Positions 1 through 9,444 of a DNA stretch of 52,993 nt are shown piece by piece (position 1 is the first letter of the stretch; each line of letters opens with the position of its first letter). The position numbers and the translations under genes were made by a program. The notes beneath the pieces were generated by a model. It saw only the letters and a list, made by a program, of their open reading frames with translations. It did not search any database and was not told the origin of the DNA. Source of the stretch: Candidatus Yanofskybacteria bacterium RIFCSPLOWO2_01_FULL_39_28. Its GTDB lineage: Bacteria; Patescibacteriota; Minisyncoccia; 2-02-FULL-40-12; GWA2-44-9. The stretch lies in NCBI GenBank assembly GCA_001794635.1, contig MGKE01000008.1:1-52993 (forward strand). The letters run 5' to 3'.

Positions 1-291
1 GCCATCATCATTTGCCCAAAAATACGATCTTGCTACAATGAAAACACATATCAACTTAGTGTCTTAAGAATGGGGTCCACTTCAAAGAGACTCCGAAAAG
101 AAGGCCGAGAATTTGTCGTTACCGGCTGTCAAGCTGACGCAACTGAACTTAACAGACAGTTTTTCAATGAATTTTGCCAATCTCTCCAAAGATTCATTGA
201 CCTCAAAGGTTTTGGCGTTGATTGGGACAAAAGATGTGCAGAAACATTGTTGTCATTCATGACTTCTTTAGAAATTCACGCCAGATCATAA
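1..291 (+). CDS. 3' part of a hypothetical protein (open from window edge)
   Basis: Frame 1 is open from base 1 (AIIICPKIRS...) to TAA at 289-291, followed by a terminator. Confidence 0.6.
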   Translation, partial: AIIICPKIRSCYNENTYQLSVLRMGSTSKRLRKEGREFVVTGCQADATELNRQFFNEFCQSLQRFIDLKGFGVDWDKRCAETLLSFMTSLEIHARS

Positions 292-316
292 ACCGACGCA
301 AGTCGGTCTTTTTTTT
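292..316 (+). terminator. Intrinsic terminator
   Basis: ACCGAC-GCAA-GTCGGT hairpin (GNRA loop) plus T-run. Confidence 0.8.
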
Positions 317-342
317 GACAAAATCTGTTTTTTTGTTATTAT
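315..342 (+). promoter_or_regulatory. sigma70 promoter of ARH-Nudix operon
   Basis: TTGACA-16-TATTAT with extended -10 TG. Confidence 0.7.
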
Positions 343-370
343 ATTGGCACTACCTTAACAACATGGGGCT

Positions 371-1405
371 TTGATGCAAAAAGTGACCTTGGATCAAATC
401 CGCGGAATGTTTGTCGGTATTGCTATCGGAGATGCTTTGGGTATGCCGGTTGAAAATTTATCTGCTGAACAAATTAAAGCAAAATATGGACGGCTTACTG
501 AATATGTCCGACCCGATGGCCACAAATGGTTTGATGGACGTGAAGCCGGAACTTGGACCGACGATACTCAGCTCACCCTTTTGGTTGCTGATTCTTTAAT
601 AGAACGAAAAGCTTTGGAAGTGTGGGACTTGGCCAACAGACATGTTGAATATTTTAAAAGAGAAGGAGATTTAGGATTTGGCCCAACAACCAGAGAGGCA
701 ATCAATAGACTCATTTCCGGAATTCATTGGGTAGAATCAGGTATAAGCAATAATCCCAAACATGGGCTGGGAAATGCTATGCCAATGAAAGTCGCTCCTC
801 TGGGAGCATACTCTGTTTCGCCATTTTTCAGAAAATGGTCTTATTGCCACACGCTTTTTGAAAGCAACCTTCGAGACTTTACCCTGATGACTCATTACAG
901 AAACATAGCCGTTGAATCAGCTTTTGCTCATGTAGCGGCCATTGAGTTCTGCCTGGAATGGAATGTCAGTAAAAGAAATATGGTTGATAATTTCATAACC
1001 GTTATAATTAACGCTTGTGAATCAGCGCCCAAAATTGAAGAAAGGTTCAAATCAGAAGATTCTCTGCTGAAACTGTTTAAATCATTTGTAAATCTGCCTT
1101 TTCAGGTGATGATAACTGATGACTTCATTGAAAGATTCGGAGGAGGAACAAGTTATGTTTATAACTCTCTCCCCTTCTCATATGGATTTTTCTTGAGAGA
1201 TCCTTTTGAGATTGACACTCTTTATGACGTAATCAACGCTGGCGGTGATACCGATACCAACGGCTCAATTGTTGGCGGAATGTTGGGCGCCTTAAACGGT
1301 GTTTCTATCTTTCCGCAACACCTGATTGACAGTTTGTGGCAGAAGGAAAGAATTCTGGCAACGGCTGATAAGTTTTACGAAACATTTTTCCAGGAATCAG
1401 AATAA
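371..1405 (+). CDS. ADP-ribosylglycohydrolase (DraG/ARH family)
   Basis: [32 protein letters not shown] motifs. Confidence 0.93.
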   Translation: MMQKVTLDQIRGMFVGIAIGDALGMPVENLSAEQIKAKYGRLTEYVRPDGHKWFDGREAGTWTDDTQLTLLVADSLIERKALEVWDLANRHVEYFKREGDLGFGPTTREAINRLISGIHWVESGISNNPKHGLGNAMPMKVAPLGAYSVSPFFRKWSYCHTLFESNLRDFTLMTHYRNIAVESAFAHVAAIEFCLEWNVSKRNMVDNFITVIINACESAPKIEERFKSEDSLLKLFKSFVNLPFQVMITDDFIERFGGGTSYVYNSLPFSYGFFLRDPFEIDTLYDVINAGGDTDTNGSIVGGMLGALNGVSIFPQHLIDSLWQKERILATADKFYETFFQESE

Positions 1406-1983
1406 TGTACAAAACCCAACTTGATTATATATTTTGTCCTTTCTGTGGAAGGTATTTGGAAGTAACCGTAGAAGAGGGGCAAGAATTAAAATACTGCTCT
1501 CAATGTAAATGGAAACACTATCTAAAACACGACATTGCTGTTGCCGGCATAGCCGTAAGATTCAATCCTCTACCTGAAACTTTGATGGTTTTAAGAAATA
1601 GAGAGCCAAATCCAGGTAAATGGTCATTCCCGGCTGGATTTGTAAACTTTGGGGAACGTCCCGATAATGCACTAATCAGAGAAGTCCGCGAAGAAACGGG
1701 TTTAACTGTAGTAAGAGCAAAGTTAATAAAAGAAGTGGTGTCAGATGATGACCCAAATAGAAGCCCCAAACAACAATCCAGATTTTATAAAATGGTCGTG
1801 ACTGGGAAAGTAAAAAATCAAGACCAAGAAGAAAATTCTGAAATAAAATGGCATAGCTTAAGCCGACAGATTCCGGTTCCGGAAATTGCCTGGGGAAACC
1901 ACGAACTATTATTTAGATATATGCAAGGAGACGTCTTATCTTTTATGGAATGGGCTGAATACTGGAAATCTGAAGTCCGCTAA
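1405..1983 (+). CDS. Zn-ribbon Nudix hydrolase (ADP-ribose/NADH pyrophosphatase-like)
   Basis: CPFC/CSQC ribbon; Nudix box [23 protein letters not shown]; TAATG coupling to ARH. Confidence 0.9.
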   Translation: MYKTQLDYIFCPFCGRYLEVTVEEGQELKYCSQCKWKHYLKHDIAVAGIAVRFNPLPETLMVLRNREPNPGKWSFPAGFVNFGERPDNALIREVREETGLTVVRAKLIKEVVSDDDPNRSPKQQSRFYKMVVTGKVKNQDQEENSEIKWHSLSRQIPVPEIAWGNHELLFRYMQGDVLSFMEWAEYWKSEVR

Positions 1984-1997
1984 ATGCGGATTTTTTT
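1973..1997 (+). terminator. Intrinsic terminator
   Basis: GTCCGC-TAAAT-GCGGAT plus T-run. Confidence 0.75.
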
Positions 1998-2010
1998 ATT
2001 ATTACCACTG

Positions 2011-2046
2011 TGTCTTATAATTGTGCATATGCACAATTATAAGACA
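2011..2046. repeat. Perfect 36-bp spacerless palindrome
   Basis: TGTCTTATAATTGTGCAT|ATGCACAATTATAAGACA, directly upstream of the pncB -35 box. Confidence 0.95.
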
Positions 2047-2047
2047 A

Positions 2048-2076
2048 TTGACTACTTTGTTAAATTAATGTAGAAT
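2048..2076 (+). promoter_or_regulatory. sigma70 promoter of pncB
   Basis: TTGACT-17-TAGAAT; SD GGAGG at 2101 before ATG 2113. Confidence 0.75.
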
Positions 2077-2112
2077 ATGGAGAATGTTCGTTGTCAATTT
2101 GGAGGAATAGAC

Positions 2113-3552
2113 ATGCTCAATTTTGACCGCTATCATGCCACCATGGGCAATTTTTCTCTGACTGACCATGCCAAGCTTCCATCAGGTAAACTTCTAGCTG
2201 ATGAAATGACAACTTTTTATGTTACTCAAAGAAAACTCAAGTTTGCCCCGTGTGTTGGCCACGATCGTCTCAAAGCTGCTCTTCGTGAAACAGAATTAGA
2301 TGTTCCCCATCTTGATTTTTTAAGAAGAGACAAGGCAAATCTTTCTTTGCTAGCTGATAAACTGTCGTCGGCTTCAAAACATGATTTTGAGGTTAGGGCC
2401 GTAACACCTGGAACAATTATGTTCAGCGGTGAGCCAATTGCTGACATAACTGGCCCCTTCTGGTTCACCCAAATGCAAGAAGTTAAATTTGAACACGCTT
2501 TTGACGAACCGATGACAGTGGCCAGTAGAGCATTAAAAGTAAGGAGAGCCGCTGGCGACAAACATGTTTCCGGTTTTTCACTAAGAAGAGACGGGAGCGC
2601 GGAACGATCTCTTGAGGTAAATAAGTACGCTTACATCGGTGGGTTTGATGACACTTCTTTCATGGAAGCGGCTTACCAGCTTGGTATTAACCCTGTTGGA
2701 ACAATCGCTCATTACTATATCCAGGCCTTTTTGGAATTTTTGTATGCCCTTCATCCGGAAAGAGATCCTCAAGGAAGAAAAAAGCATTTTGAGCAAATAG
2801 CTTTTGAGAAATGGTTGGATGCCAATCCCAACGGCACTACACTCCTTCTAGATACGTTACTGCTCAAACATGGCATAATCCACGCCATCCGAGCGGCTAA
2901 AAGTTCAGACGCCAGACGAAAAGCCCTAAAGTTTGTCCGGATTGATTCTGGGGATTTGCCTAAAAATACGCTTTGGATCAGGCGAATGCTTGACGCAAAC
3001 AATATGAAAGATGTCGGGATTATGGTTACATCGGATCTTGATGATCAAAAAATTAGAGAAATTGTCCAGACATGCTGTGACGTGGATGGATTCGGTGTCG
3101 GAACTAAGTTAATCGCCGAAGTTGAATCAGTAGCCGGAGTTATTTTCAAAATGTGCAAAATCGGTAAACAAGCTACTATGAAACTGTCTGAAAACCCCGA
3201 GAAAGGAACTTTGCCTGGCAAAACACAGGTTTGGCGGTTTATTGATAATGAAGGATTCTACATAAAAGACGTTATAACAATGGATATGGAGGTGCCTTTA
3301 AAAGAAAATTACGCTTCAGTTGCCGCTCTGCTTAGACCCTTTTTCGGAAGAAACAACCCTGATCCGTGGGTTCCAAACATTCACGATCAGCGTCAATTTG
3401 TTATTGAACAAATGAAACACTTCCGAGACATAGAAAACTATCCCGTTGAACTAAGCTCTTCTCTTCAAATCTCCATCGCAAACCTGCGAAAACGCCTATT
3501 GGAAGATGAGATGGGTGAAGAAGATGTGGTAATGGTTGATTACCCTGAATAA
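2113..3552 (+). CDS. pncB: Nicotinate phosphoribosyltransferase
   Basis: FSLRR, GTIAH (phospho-His), VRIDSGD, TSDLD, FGVGT, MKLSENPEKGTLPG motifs; start moved from 2077 to the SD-supported ATG. Confidence 0.85.
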   Translation: MLNFDRYHATMGNFSLTDHAKLPSGKLLADEMTTFYVTQRKLKFAPCVGHDRLKAALRETELDVPHLDFLRRDKANLSLLADKLSSASKHDFEVRAVTPGTIMFSGEPIADITGPFWFTQMQEVKFEHAFDEPMTVASRALKVRRAAGDKHVSGFSLRRDGSAERSLEVNKYAYIGGFDDTSFMEAAYQLGINPVGTIAHYYIQAFLEFLYALHPERDPQGRKKHFEQIAFEKWLDANPNGTTLLLDTLLLKHGIIHAIRAAKSSDARRKALKFVRIDSGDLPKNTLWIRRMLDANNMKDVGIMVTSDLDDQKIREIVQTCCDVDGFGVGTKLIAEVESVAGVIFKMCKIGKQATMKLSENPEKGTLPGKTQVWRFIDNEGFYIKDVITMDMEVPLKENYASVAALLRPFFGRNNPDPWVPNIHDQRQFVIEQMKHFRDIENYPVELSSSLQISIANLRKRLLEDEMGEEDVVMVDYPE

Positions 3553-3563
3553 TATAGTAAACA

Positions 3564-3586
3564 AAAAGTCCCCAGAGGGGACTTTT
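3564..3586. terminator. Bidirectional terminator
   Basis: AAAAGTCCCC-AGA-GGGGACTTTT between convergent genes. Confidence 0.8.
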
Positions 3587-3590
3587 AAAT

Positions 3591-4001
3591 TTATTGAACC
3601 TTATCTTTGATTCCGTTTTTGCTTATTCTCAACCTACGGAACCGATAGAAAACAAGAAAAACATATTGCTTGTAATCCCTATGAATAGCCAAGCCAGTCA
3701 AAAGAAAACCTAATCCTGACCAAAACATTAACTTAGCATAAGCCATACTTATACTCATGTGGTATATATCAGCCACCGCCCAAAAAATATTCATTAACAA
3801 CCAAGAATTTACGGCCATTACCGCCAAAACAGAACCGCTGTGTCTCTCTATGTAGAAAAATGTCATAAAGTTGAAAAAAATTGCCGGACAGATCAATACT
3901 CCTACCGCTATCGGCCATTGAAGCATCCAAGACCCATCAAGCAAAAACCAGGAGATAGTACCAAGTGTTTCAAACATCTCAAGCTTCTTATCTCTGGTCA
4001 T
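3591..4001 (-). CDS. Hypothetical membrane protein (about 4 TM)
   Basis: 136-aa hydrophobic ORF, GGAG SD. Confidence 0.7.
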   Translation of the reverse strand: MTRDKKLEMFETLGTISWFLLDGSWMLQWPIAVGVLICPAIFFNFMTFFYIERHSGSVLAVMAVNSWLLMNIFWAVADIYHMSISMAYAKLMFWSGLGFLLTGLAIHRDYKQYVFLVFYRFRRLRISKNGIKDKVQ

Positions 4002-4081
4002 AAATTACTCCGTCAAAGTGCTTAATATAGCATATCATAAAAATAAAAAAAATCAAGTTACAAAAATCGCCCGAAGGCGAT

Positions 4082-4471
4082 TCAAATAACTAACTGAATT
4101 TTTGGATTCTGGGAAAGGCAGAGATAAATGGCAGCAGCAATACAATCAGCCAGGAATCCCCTGCCAACATCTTTATTGTGCATTTTGACACCGTGCTGGA
4201 AAGCCTCTTCAACCTTTTTCATAAATGTTCTTTTAGATGAATTCATTATAGATTCATGCATCATTTTGATCGTTGGAAATCCGTTAACAAATTCTCCGTT
4301 ATGAGCAATTCCCGTAGGGGTCGTAGATGAAGCAAGATCAGCTGAATAATATTCGTGAACATTACCAACTTCCGAATGTTCAGGCACCGGTCGATCGTTA
4401 TACCGGCACAATTTATGAGCAAATCTCTTCATTTCAATAAGTTGATCCACGTCATGTTTTTCCTTTTTCAA
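4082..4471 (-). CDS. Hypothetical protein
   Basis: 129-aa ORF followed by AATCGCC-hairpin terminator (4062-4082). Confidence 0.6.
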   Translation of the reverse strand: MKKEKHDVDQLIEMKRFAHKLCRYNDRPVPEHSEVGNVHEYYSADLASSTTPTGIAHNGEFVNGFPTIKMMHESIMNSSKRTFMKKVEEAFQHGVKMHNKDVGRGFLADCIAAAIYLCLSQNPKIQLVI

Positions 4472-4584
4472 TGAACTTTCAGTTTATTATACAATACATA
4501 ACAGAATTGACAATACCTAGTTTTAGTGCTATTTTATATCCGTGTTCCTTGAATTATATTCGTAGCCAAATCTAAAGAAAGGGG

Positions 4585-5244
4585 TTGCTAATGCTGGCAA
4601 CACTTGAACGTTGGCGAGATCTTTGCCACCATCTTGGCGCTAAAGATAATCCTGATACCGGAAAAACTATTTTCAACACTTTTGGTGAACTTGTAACCAA
4701 ACATACTGAAAGTAACCGTCATTATAACAACATACAACACCTAGATGAAGGTTTAGTGCTTATAGACCAAGTAAAGCACTTGGCAGAAAAGCCGGACATT
4801 CTGGAAATGGCCTGGTGGTGGCATGATGAAACCTACAACATAAAAACGGAAACAAAGCTAAACGAATTAAGAAGCGCGACAAATGCTTTCATAGCTCTAA
4901 TAGAATTAGGCGTACCTGATCAAGTTTGTGTCACAATAATGGCACGAATTATGCCAACATTACACAGTTATATTCCTACTGATTTTGACGATAAGCTTAT
5001 GGTTGATATTGATTTGGTGCATTTAGCTGCTCCGTGGGAAAGTTTTTGTTTAAACGCAGAAAACTTAAGAAAAGAATATGACACTACTGTTGAAAAATTC
5101 CGAATTAGACAAGCTGAATTTTTACACAATTTTACCAAAAACCGAAAATACGTTTTCTTAACCGAATCATTCAGAGTTAAATACGAAAAACAGGCCAGAG
5201 AAAACATCAGAAGAGTCCTTGAGTTTAATCAAGGAACCCCCTAA
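4585..5244 (+). CDS. HD-superfamily metal-dependent phosphohydrolase (COG4339-like)
   Basis: RHYNNIQH, WWHD, NE..SA, DIDL motifs; promoter TTGACA-17-TATTTT at 4507-4535. Confidence 0.85.
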   Translation: MLMLATLERWRDLCHHLGAKDNPDTGKTIFNTFGELVTKHTESNRHYNNIQHLDEGLVLIDQVKHLAEKPDILEMAWWWHDETYNIKTETKLNELRSATNAFIALIELGVPDQVCVTIMARIMPTLHSYIPTDFDDKLMVDIDLVHLAAPWESFCLNAENLRKEYDTTVEKFRIRQAEFLHNFTKNRKYVFLTESFRVKYEKQARENIRRVLEFNQGTP

Positions 5245-5282
5245 TTTAGGGGTCAATCCGCACCGAGCGGATTTTTTAATAC

Positions 5283-5310
5283 TTGACTTCTAAAATCTAG
5301 GTGATATAGT
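5283..5310 (+). promoter_or_regulatory. sigma70 promoter of nadA
   Basis: TTGACT-16-TATAGT with TG; SD AAGGAGG at 5339-5345. Confidence 0.7.
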
Positions 5311-5349
5311 GTAAATATAACACTAAGTTCTTTGAAATAAGGAGGCTTT

Positions 5350-6459
5350 GTGAACAAGCTGGTTCTGCCTGGCGATATTCTACGGGCTAGGGACGCAATT
5401 GCTGCCATACCCAAAGTTGACTTAGGTCCACCGATTGAGGTCCCGCCAATTCCGGAAGAAGCCAAACCAAATGGTATAACCGACGAAGAAAAACAATGGC
5501 TTACTCGTGAAATCAACCGCTATGTAAAAGAAAGAAATGCGCTCGTTTTATCCCATAACTACGAAATTCCTGATATACAAGATGTTGCCAAATATAAGGG
5601 TGATTCTATTTTTTTGGCTCAAAAGGGCAGTGAATCTGACGCTGATGTTATAGTTGAAGCGGCCGTTCTGTTTATGCCCCAGATCTTGGCCGTAATGAAA
5701 AAACCTCATCAGATTATACTTGCGCCCAGTCTCAATGCTCTTTGTTCGCTGGCCGCTCACGCTGATCCGAACAAAATAATGGACTGGAAAAAAGATAATC
5801 CGACAGGAATAGTAATAAGTTATGTAAATACCTACATAGAAGTAAAGGCGCTGAGCAATTACTGCTGTGGCTCGGCTAATGCCGCCAAAGTTATTGAACA
5901 TGTTGCTAAAACTTATCCAGATTCTCCCCTGCTTTTCTTGCCAGATGTTCATCTGGGATTCTTTGCCGCAAAAACTCTTGAAGAAATGGGTCAGTCAATT
6001 GACCGGCTCTGGTTGATGATGGGCGCTTGTCATGTCCACAATGACATCCGTCCTTATCATGTAGACAACGCCAGAAAACAACATCCCAACGCCGCCATTG
6101 CCGTCCATCCTGAATGCGGCTGCACCTCAAGCTGTATGCGCCAAGTCCAAACTGGAGAAATACCGCTAAAGTTGGTTGGATTCCGTTCAACATCAGGCAT
6201 GTTCAAATATGCTGAAGAAATCCCGCAAAAAGAAATAATCATAGCCACCGAAGTTGGCAATATATACCCCCTATCCAAAGCCGTTCCCAGCAAGACATTT
6301 ATCCCAGCCAATCCGGACGCAGTCTGTGCCTATATGAAACAAAACACTCTCCGCAATCTTTATGAATCTCTGCGTGACATGAAATACGAAATAACGGTTG
6401 ACCCAGAATTGGCTAAACAAGCTAGGGTACCGATTGAAAGAATGCTGAGAATTGTATAA
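5350..6459 (+). CDS. nadA: Quinolinate synthase
   Basis: HNY, GDS, CSLA, YVNT, CHVH, HPEC, CAYMK (three 4Fe-4S Cys). Confidence 0.93.
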   Translation: MNKLVLPGDILRARDAIAAIPKVDLGPPIEVPPIPEEAKPNGITDEEKQWLTREINRYVKERNALVLSHNYEIPDIQDVAKYKGDSIFLAQKGSESDADVIVEAAVLFMPQILAVMKKPHQIILAPSLNALCSLAAHADPNKIMDWKKDNPTGIVISYVNTYIEVKALSNYCCGSANAAKVIEHVAKTYPDSPLLFLPDVHLGFFAAKTLEEMGQSIDRLWLMMGACHVHNDIRPYHVDNARKQHPNAAIAVHPECGCTSSCMRQVQTGEIPLKLVGFRSTSGMFKYAEEIPQKEIIIATEVGNIYPLSKAVPSKTFIPANPDAVCAYMKQNTLRNLYESLRDMKYEITVDPELAKQARVPIERMLRIV

Positions 6460-6490
6460 GCTAAATTCGCCAGACTAAAGGAAAATCAAA

Positions 6491-6973
6491 ATGCCGCATA
6501 CCCATCCCAGGATTTGCTGGACTACATCAGTTTATATTGTATATAAAAATAAGATACTTTTGGTTCTTCATAAAAAATTAAAAAGCTGGCTCCCCGTCGG
6601 CGGACACATTGAACTGGAAGAAGATACGGCTGAAGCGCTAGAACATGAGGTCAGAGAGGAATGCGGCCTGGATATAACCTTGCTTAGCCCGCCATTACCC
6701 AATGTACCCGAAGCAACTGACATAAAGTTTCTCCCTATACCAAACGGCTTTGATATTCATGGAATAGGTAATGGCCGAAAACACCAAAATCTTGTTTATT
6801 TTGCAATCAGTTCAAACAATCAGGCCGTCTTAGCTCCGCTTGAGCATGATGGTTTGCGCTGGTTCACTGAAAAAGAATTAGATGATCCGTCTTGGGAAAT
6901 CTGGCCCAGCGTCAAATTTTACGCCAAAGAAGCCCTTCGACAGATTCAACAAGCTCAGGATAAAAAATCCTGA
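6491..6973 (+). CDS. Nudix hydrolase
   Basis: WLPVGGHIELEEDTAEALEHEVREECGL. Confidence 0.9.
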   Translation: MPHTHPRICWTTSVYIVYKNKILLVLHKKLKSWLPVGGHIELEEDTAEALEHEVREECGLDITLLSPPLPNVPEATDIKFLPIPNGFDIHGIGNGRKHQNLVYFAISSNNQAVLAPLEHDGLRWFTEKELDDPSWEIWPSVKFYAKEALRQIQQAQDKKS

Positions 6974-6978
6974 GTTTT

Positions 6979-8697
6979 TTATTTCAAGAGCTTAAGCATT
7001 TCTTGCCAACTTCTGGTATTTATAATATCAGTCTTAGTTGCCCAACCGCGGCGGGCTTGGGCGATGCCGTATTCAAGGTATTGTAAATGATAAATGTGGT
7101 GAGCGTCGGAATCAATGGCGAATTTGACGCCCATTTCTACGCCTTTACGGATATATTCGTCTTTGAGATCCAAACGATCAGGAAAAGCGTCAATTTCCAT
7201 GACAGTTTTGGTTCTTTTGGCGGCTTTTAATAATTCCTCGACATTGACCGGATAAGCAGGCCGTTTATTGATTATCCGACCAGTAGGGTGAAAAATTATG
7301 TCTACATTGGGATTTTCCACCGCTCGAATTATGCGGTTAGTCATATCCCCTTCCGACATATTAAAATTCTGATGAACCGCCGCTCCAACAACATCAAGTT
7401 TAGCTAAGATCTCGTCATCAATATCCAGCGTGCCATCTTTCATGATGTTAACTTCGGCACCTTTAAGAACCTTGAACTTTGAACTTTTAAACTCGCGATT
7501 GACTTCGTCAATCGCCGCCATTTGTTTTAACAACCGCTTCTCGTCACTTCCACCGGTCATAGCCAAAGATTTAGTATGGTCAGTAATACATATATATTCC
7601 AGTCCCATCTTTTGAGCCGCCCCGGCCATTTCTTTAATGGAATGTTTACCGTCAGTCCAATCTGTTTGGACTTGTAAGTCGCCTTTTAAGTCTTCGTAGC
7701 CGACCAATTTCGGCAGTTTACCTTCAAGAGCCGCTTTAATTTCACCGGAGTCGTTGCGAATTTCCGGAGGTATCCAATCCATACCGAGTTTTTGATAAAC
7801 TTCTTCCTCTGTTTTTGAGGCCAGCAACTGTTTATTTTTCCAAAGGCCATAATCGTTCAAAAGCCATCCCTTTTTTTCCGCTATAGCGCGAATAGCGATG
7901 TTGTGATGTTTGTTTCCAGTCCAAGCAATCATAGCCGCGCCGAATGATTTGGGCGAAACAACTGATATGTCAGCGTCCATATCTATATCTAAGCGCACTA
8001 ATGCCCGGTACTCTCCTTTAGTATAAACGTGTTTTATTTCAGGAAATTTTAAAAATTTATTAATAATCTCCGTAGGATTATCTGAAAACGCTATGAAATC
8101 AAGATCACCAATCGTTTCTTGCCTGCGACGCAAAGAACCGCCAAATTCAGCCAATTCTACTCCTGGTAAAGATCTGATTTTTTCAAGTAAGGTTTTGGCT
8201 ATTGGCACAGCATAGCCCAGAATTAGCCTTCCGCCTGAACTTTTAACAAATTCTATGCCTTTCAGGATTTTTTGCTCGGTTTTTTCACCAAGACCCTTTA
8301 TCTTTCTTATTTTCCCGGCTTTGGCCGCTTCTTCAAGCTTTTCAAGATTTTTTATCTTTAGCTTTTTATAGAGGAGGAGTATCGTTTTCGGCCCGACCCC
8401 CTCAACTGAACGTAAGCACTCAATATCAACCGGCAATTCTTTTTTTAACTTTTCATAATTTTTAATATGGCCGGTTTTGATATACTCTTCAATATGTTCG
8501 GCGATACTGGCACCGACTCCGGGAATATTTTCAAGAGCTTTCAAGTCCCCATTTTTATAAATATCTTTGACGTCTTCTTCCAAATTTTCCAAAACCTCTG
8601 ACACTTTCTCATAAGCTTGGGGCTTGAAAGCCACTCCTTTTATTTCAAGAAATACCGCCATTTCGCGGAAAATTTTAGATAATACTTGATTTAACAT
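6979..8697 (-). CDS. polX: DNA polymerase X with PHP domain
   Basis: HhH motifs, GSLRR, GDLD, C-terminal PHP (TDH, DSDAH). Confidence 0.95.
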   Translation of the reverse strand: MLNQVLSKIFREMAVFLEIKGVAFKPQAYEKVSEVLENLEEDVKDIYKNGDLKALENIPGVGASIAEHIEEYIKTGHIKNYEKLKKELPVDIECLRSVEGVGPKTILLLYKKLKIKNLEKLEEAAKAGKIRKIKGLGEKTEQKILKGIEFVKSSGGRLILGYAVPIAKTLLEKIRSLPGVELAEFGGSLRRRQETIGDLDFIAFSDNPTEIINKFLKFPEIKHVYTKGEYRALVRLDIDMDADISVVSPKSFGAAMIAWTGNKHHNIAIRAIAEKKGWLLNDYGLWKNKQLLASKTEEEVYQKLGMDWIPPEIRNDSGEIKAALEGKLPKLVGYEDLKGDLQVQTDWTDGKHSIKEMAGAAQKMGLEYICITDHTKSLAMTGGSDEKRLLKQMAAIDEVNREFKSSKFKVLKGAEVNIMKDGTLDIDDEILAKLDVVGAAVHQNFNMSEGDMTNRIIRAVENPNVDIIFHPTGRIINKRPAYPVNVEELLKAAKRTKTVMEIDAFPDRLDLKDEYIRKGVEMGVKFAIDSDAHHIYHLQYLEYGIAQARRGWATKTDIINTRSWQEMLKLLK

Positions 8698-8703
8698 TGG
8701 GGA

Positions 8704-9327
8704 CTATGCTTTATCCGGTTGAGGTTTAACCTGACCCTGGTCGACTTTGGCTTTTAGATCTTTGTATATTTTAATTTGTTGTAAAATTCCGAAAACAGCT
8801 AAAATTCCAGCTGCAATAAAAACTGCTTTAAAACCTAGCCGATTGGCTAAAACTCCACCAATTGCTGCTGAACCAGCAGTGGCTATCCCGATCGTAATTG
8901 ATTCAAACGACCACTCTATATTCTCATGACGCTTATCTAGGTGTCTTGAAAAAATGGCATACCAAGGCGGCACCAAAAAAGCCAGACCAATACCGTAAAT
9001 TGCCTGAATCATGTACAGGTGAGATATCTTGCTGGCAAAAAGGTAAAGGAATGGGGCAATAGCTATAAGAAAACCTCCAAGAACCATGGAATAAAAATCA
9101 TCATACTCGCCGTGATTTCTATCAAGATACTTGGCAATCGGCAGTTGCAACACCACTTTGAACAATTGGGTAATGCCGGCAGCAAAACCAATTACCTCTA
9201 TTGACCCGCCTTCAATTTGCTTAGTTACAAAAATTGCAAATATCGGACCATAAAGACCCAGTCCGGAGTTAAGATAAAAATCTGAAATAATCATTGTCCG
9301 AATAACATGATTGATACGCATAGGCAA
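8704..9327 (-). CDS. Half-size MFS transporter-like membrane protein
   Basis: About 6 TM; AKYLDR resembles MFS motif A. Confidence 0.75.
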   Translation of the reverse strand: MPMRINHVIRTMIISDFYLNSGLGLYGPIFAIFVTKQIEGGSIEVIGFAAGITQLFKVVLQLPIAKYLDRNHGEYDDFYSMVLGGFLIAIAPFLYLFASKISHLYMIQAIYGIGLAFLVPPWYAIFSRHLDKRHENIEWSFESITIGIATAGSAAIGGVLANRLGFKAVFIAAGILAVFGILQQIKIYKDLKAKVDQGQVKPQPDKA

Positions 9328-9444
9328 AGTAACTAGTGGTTAGTATCTAGTGATTAGTTTAGCAGATTTAATTAAAAAATAAAATCAACTTTAACAAGTT
9401 GATTTTATTTTACTAGTCACTAAACACTAACGACTAATCACTTC

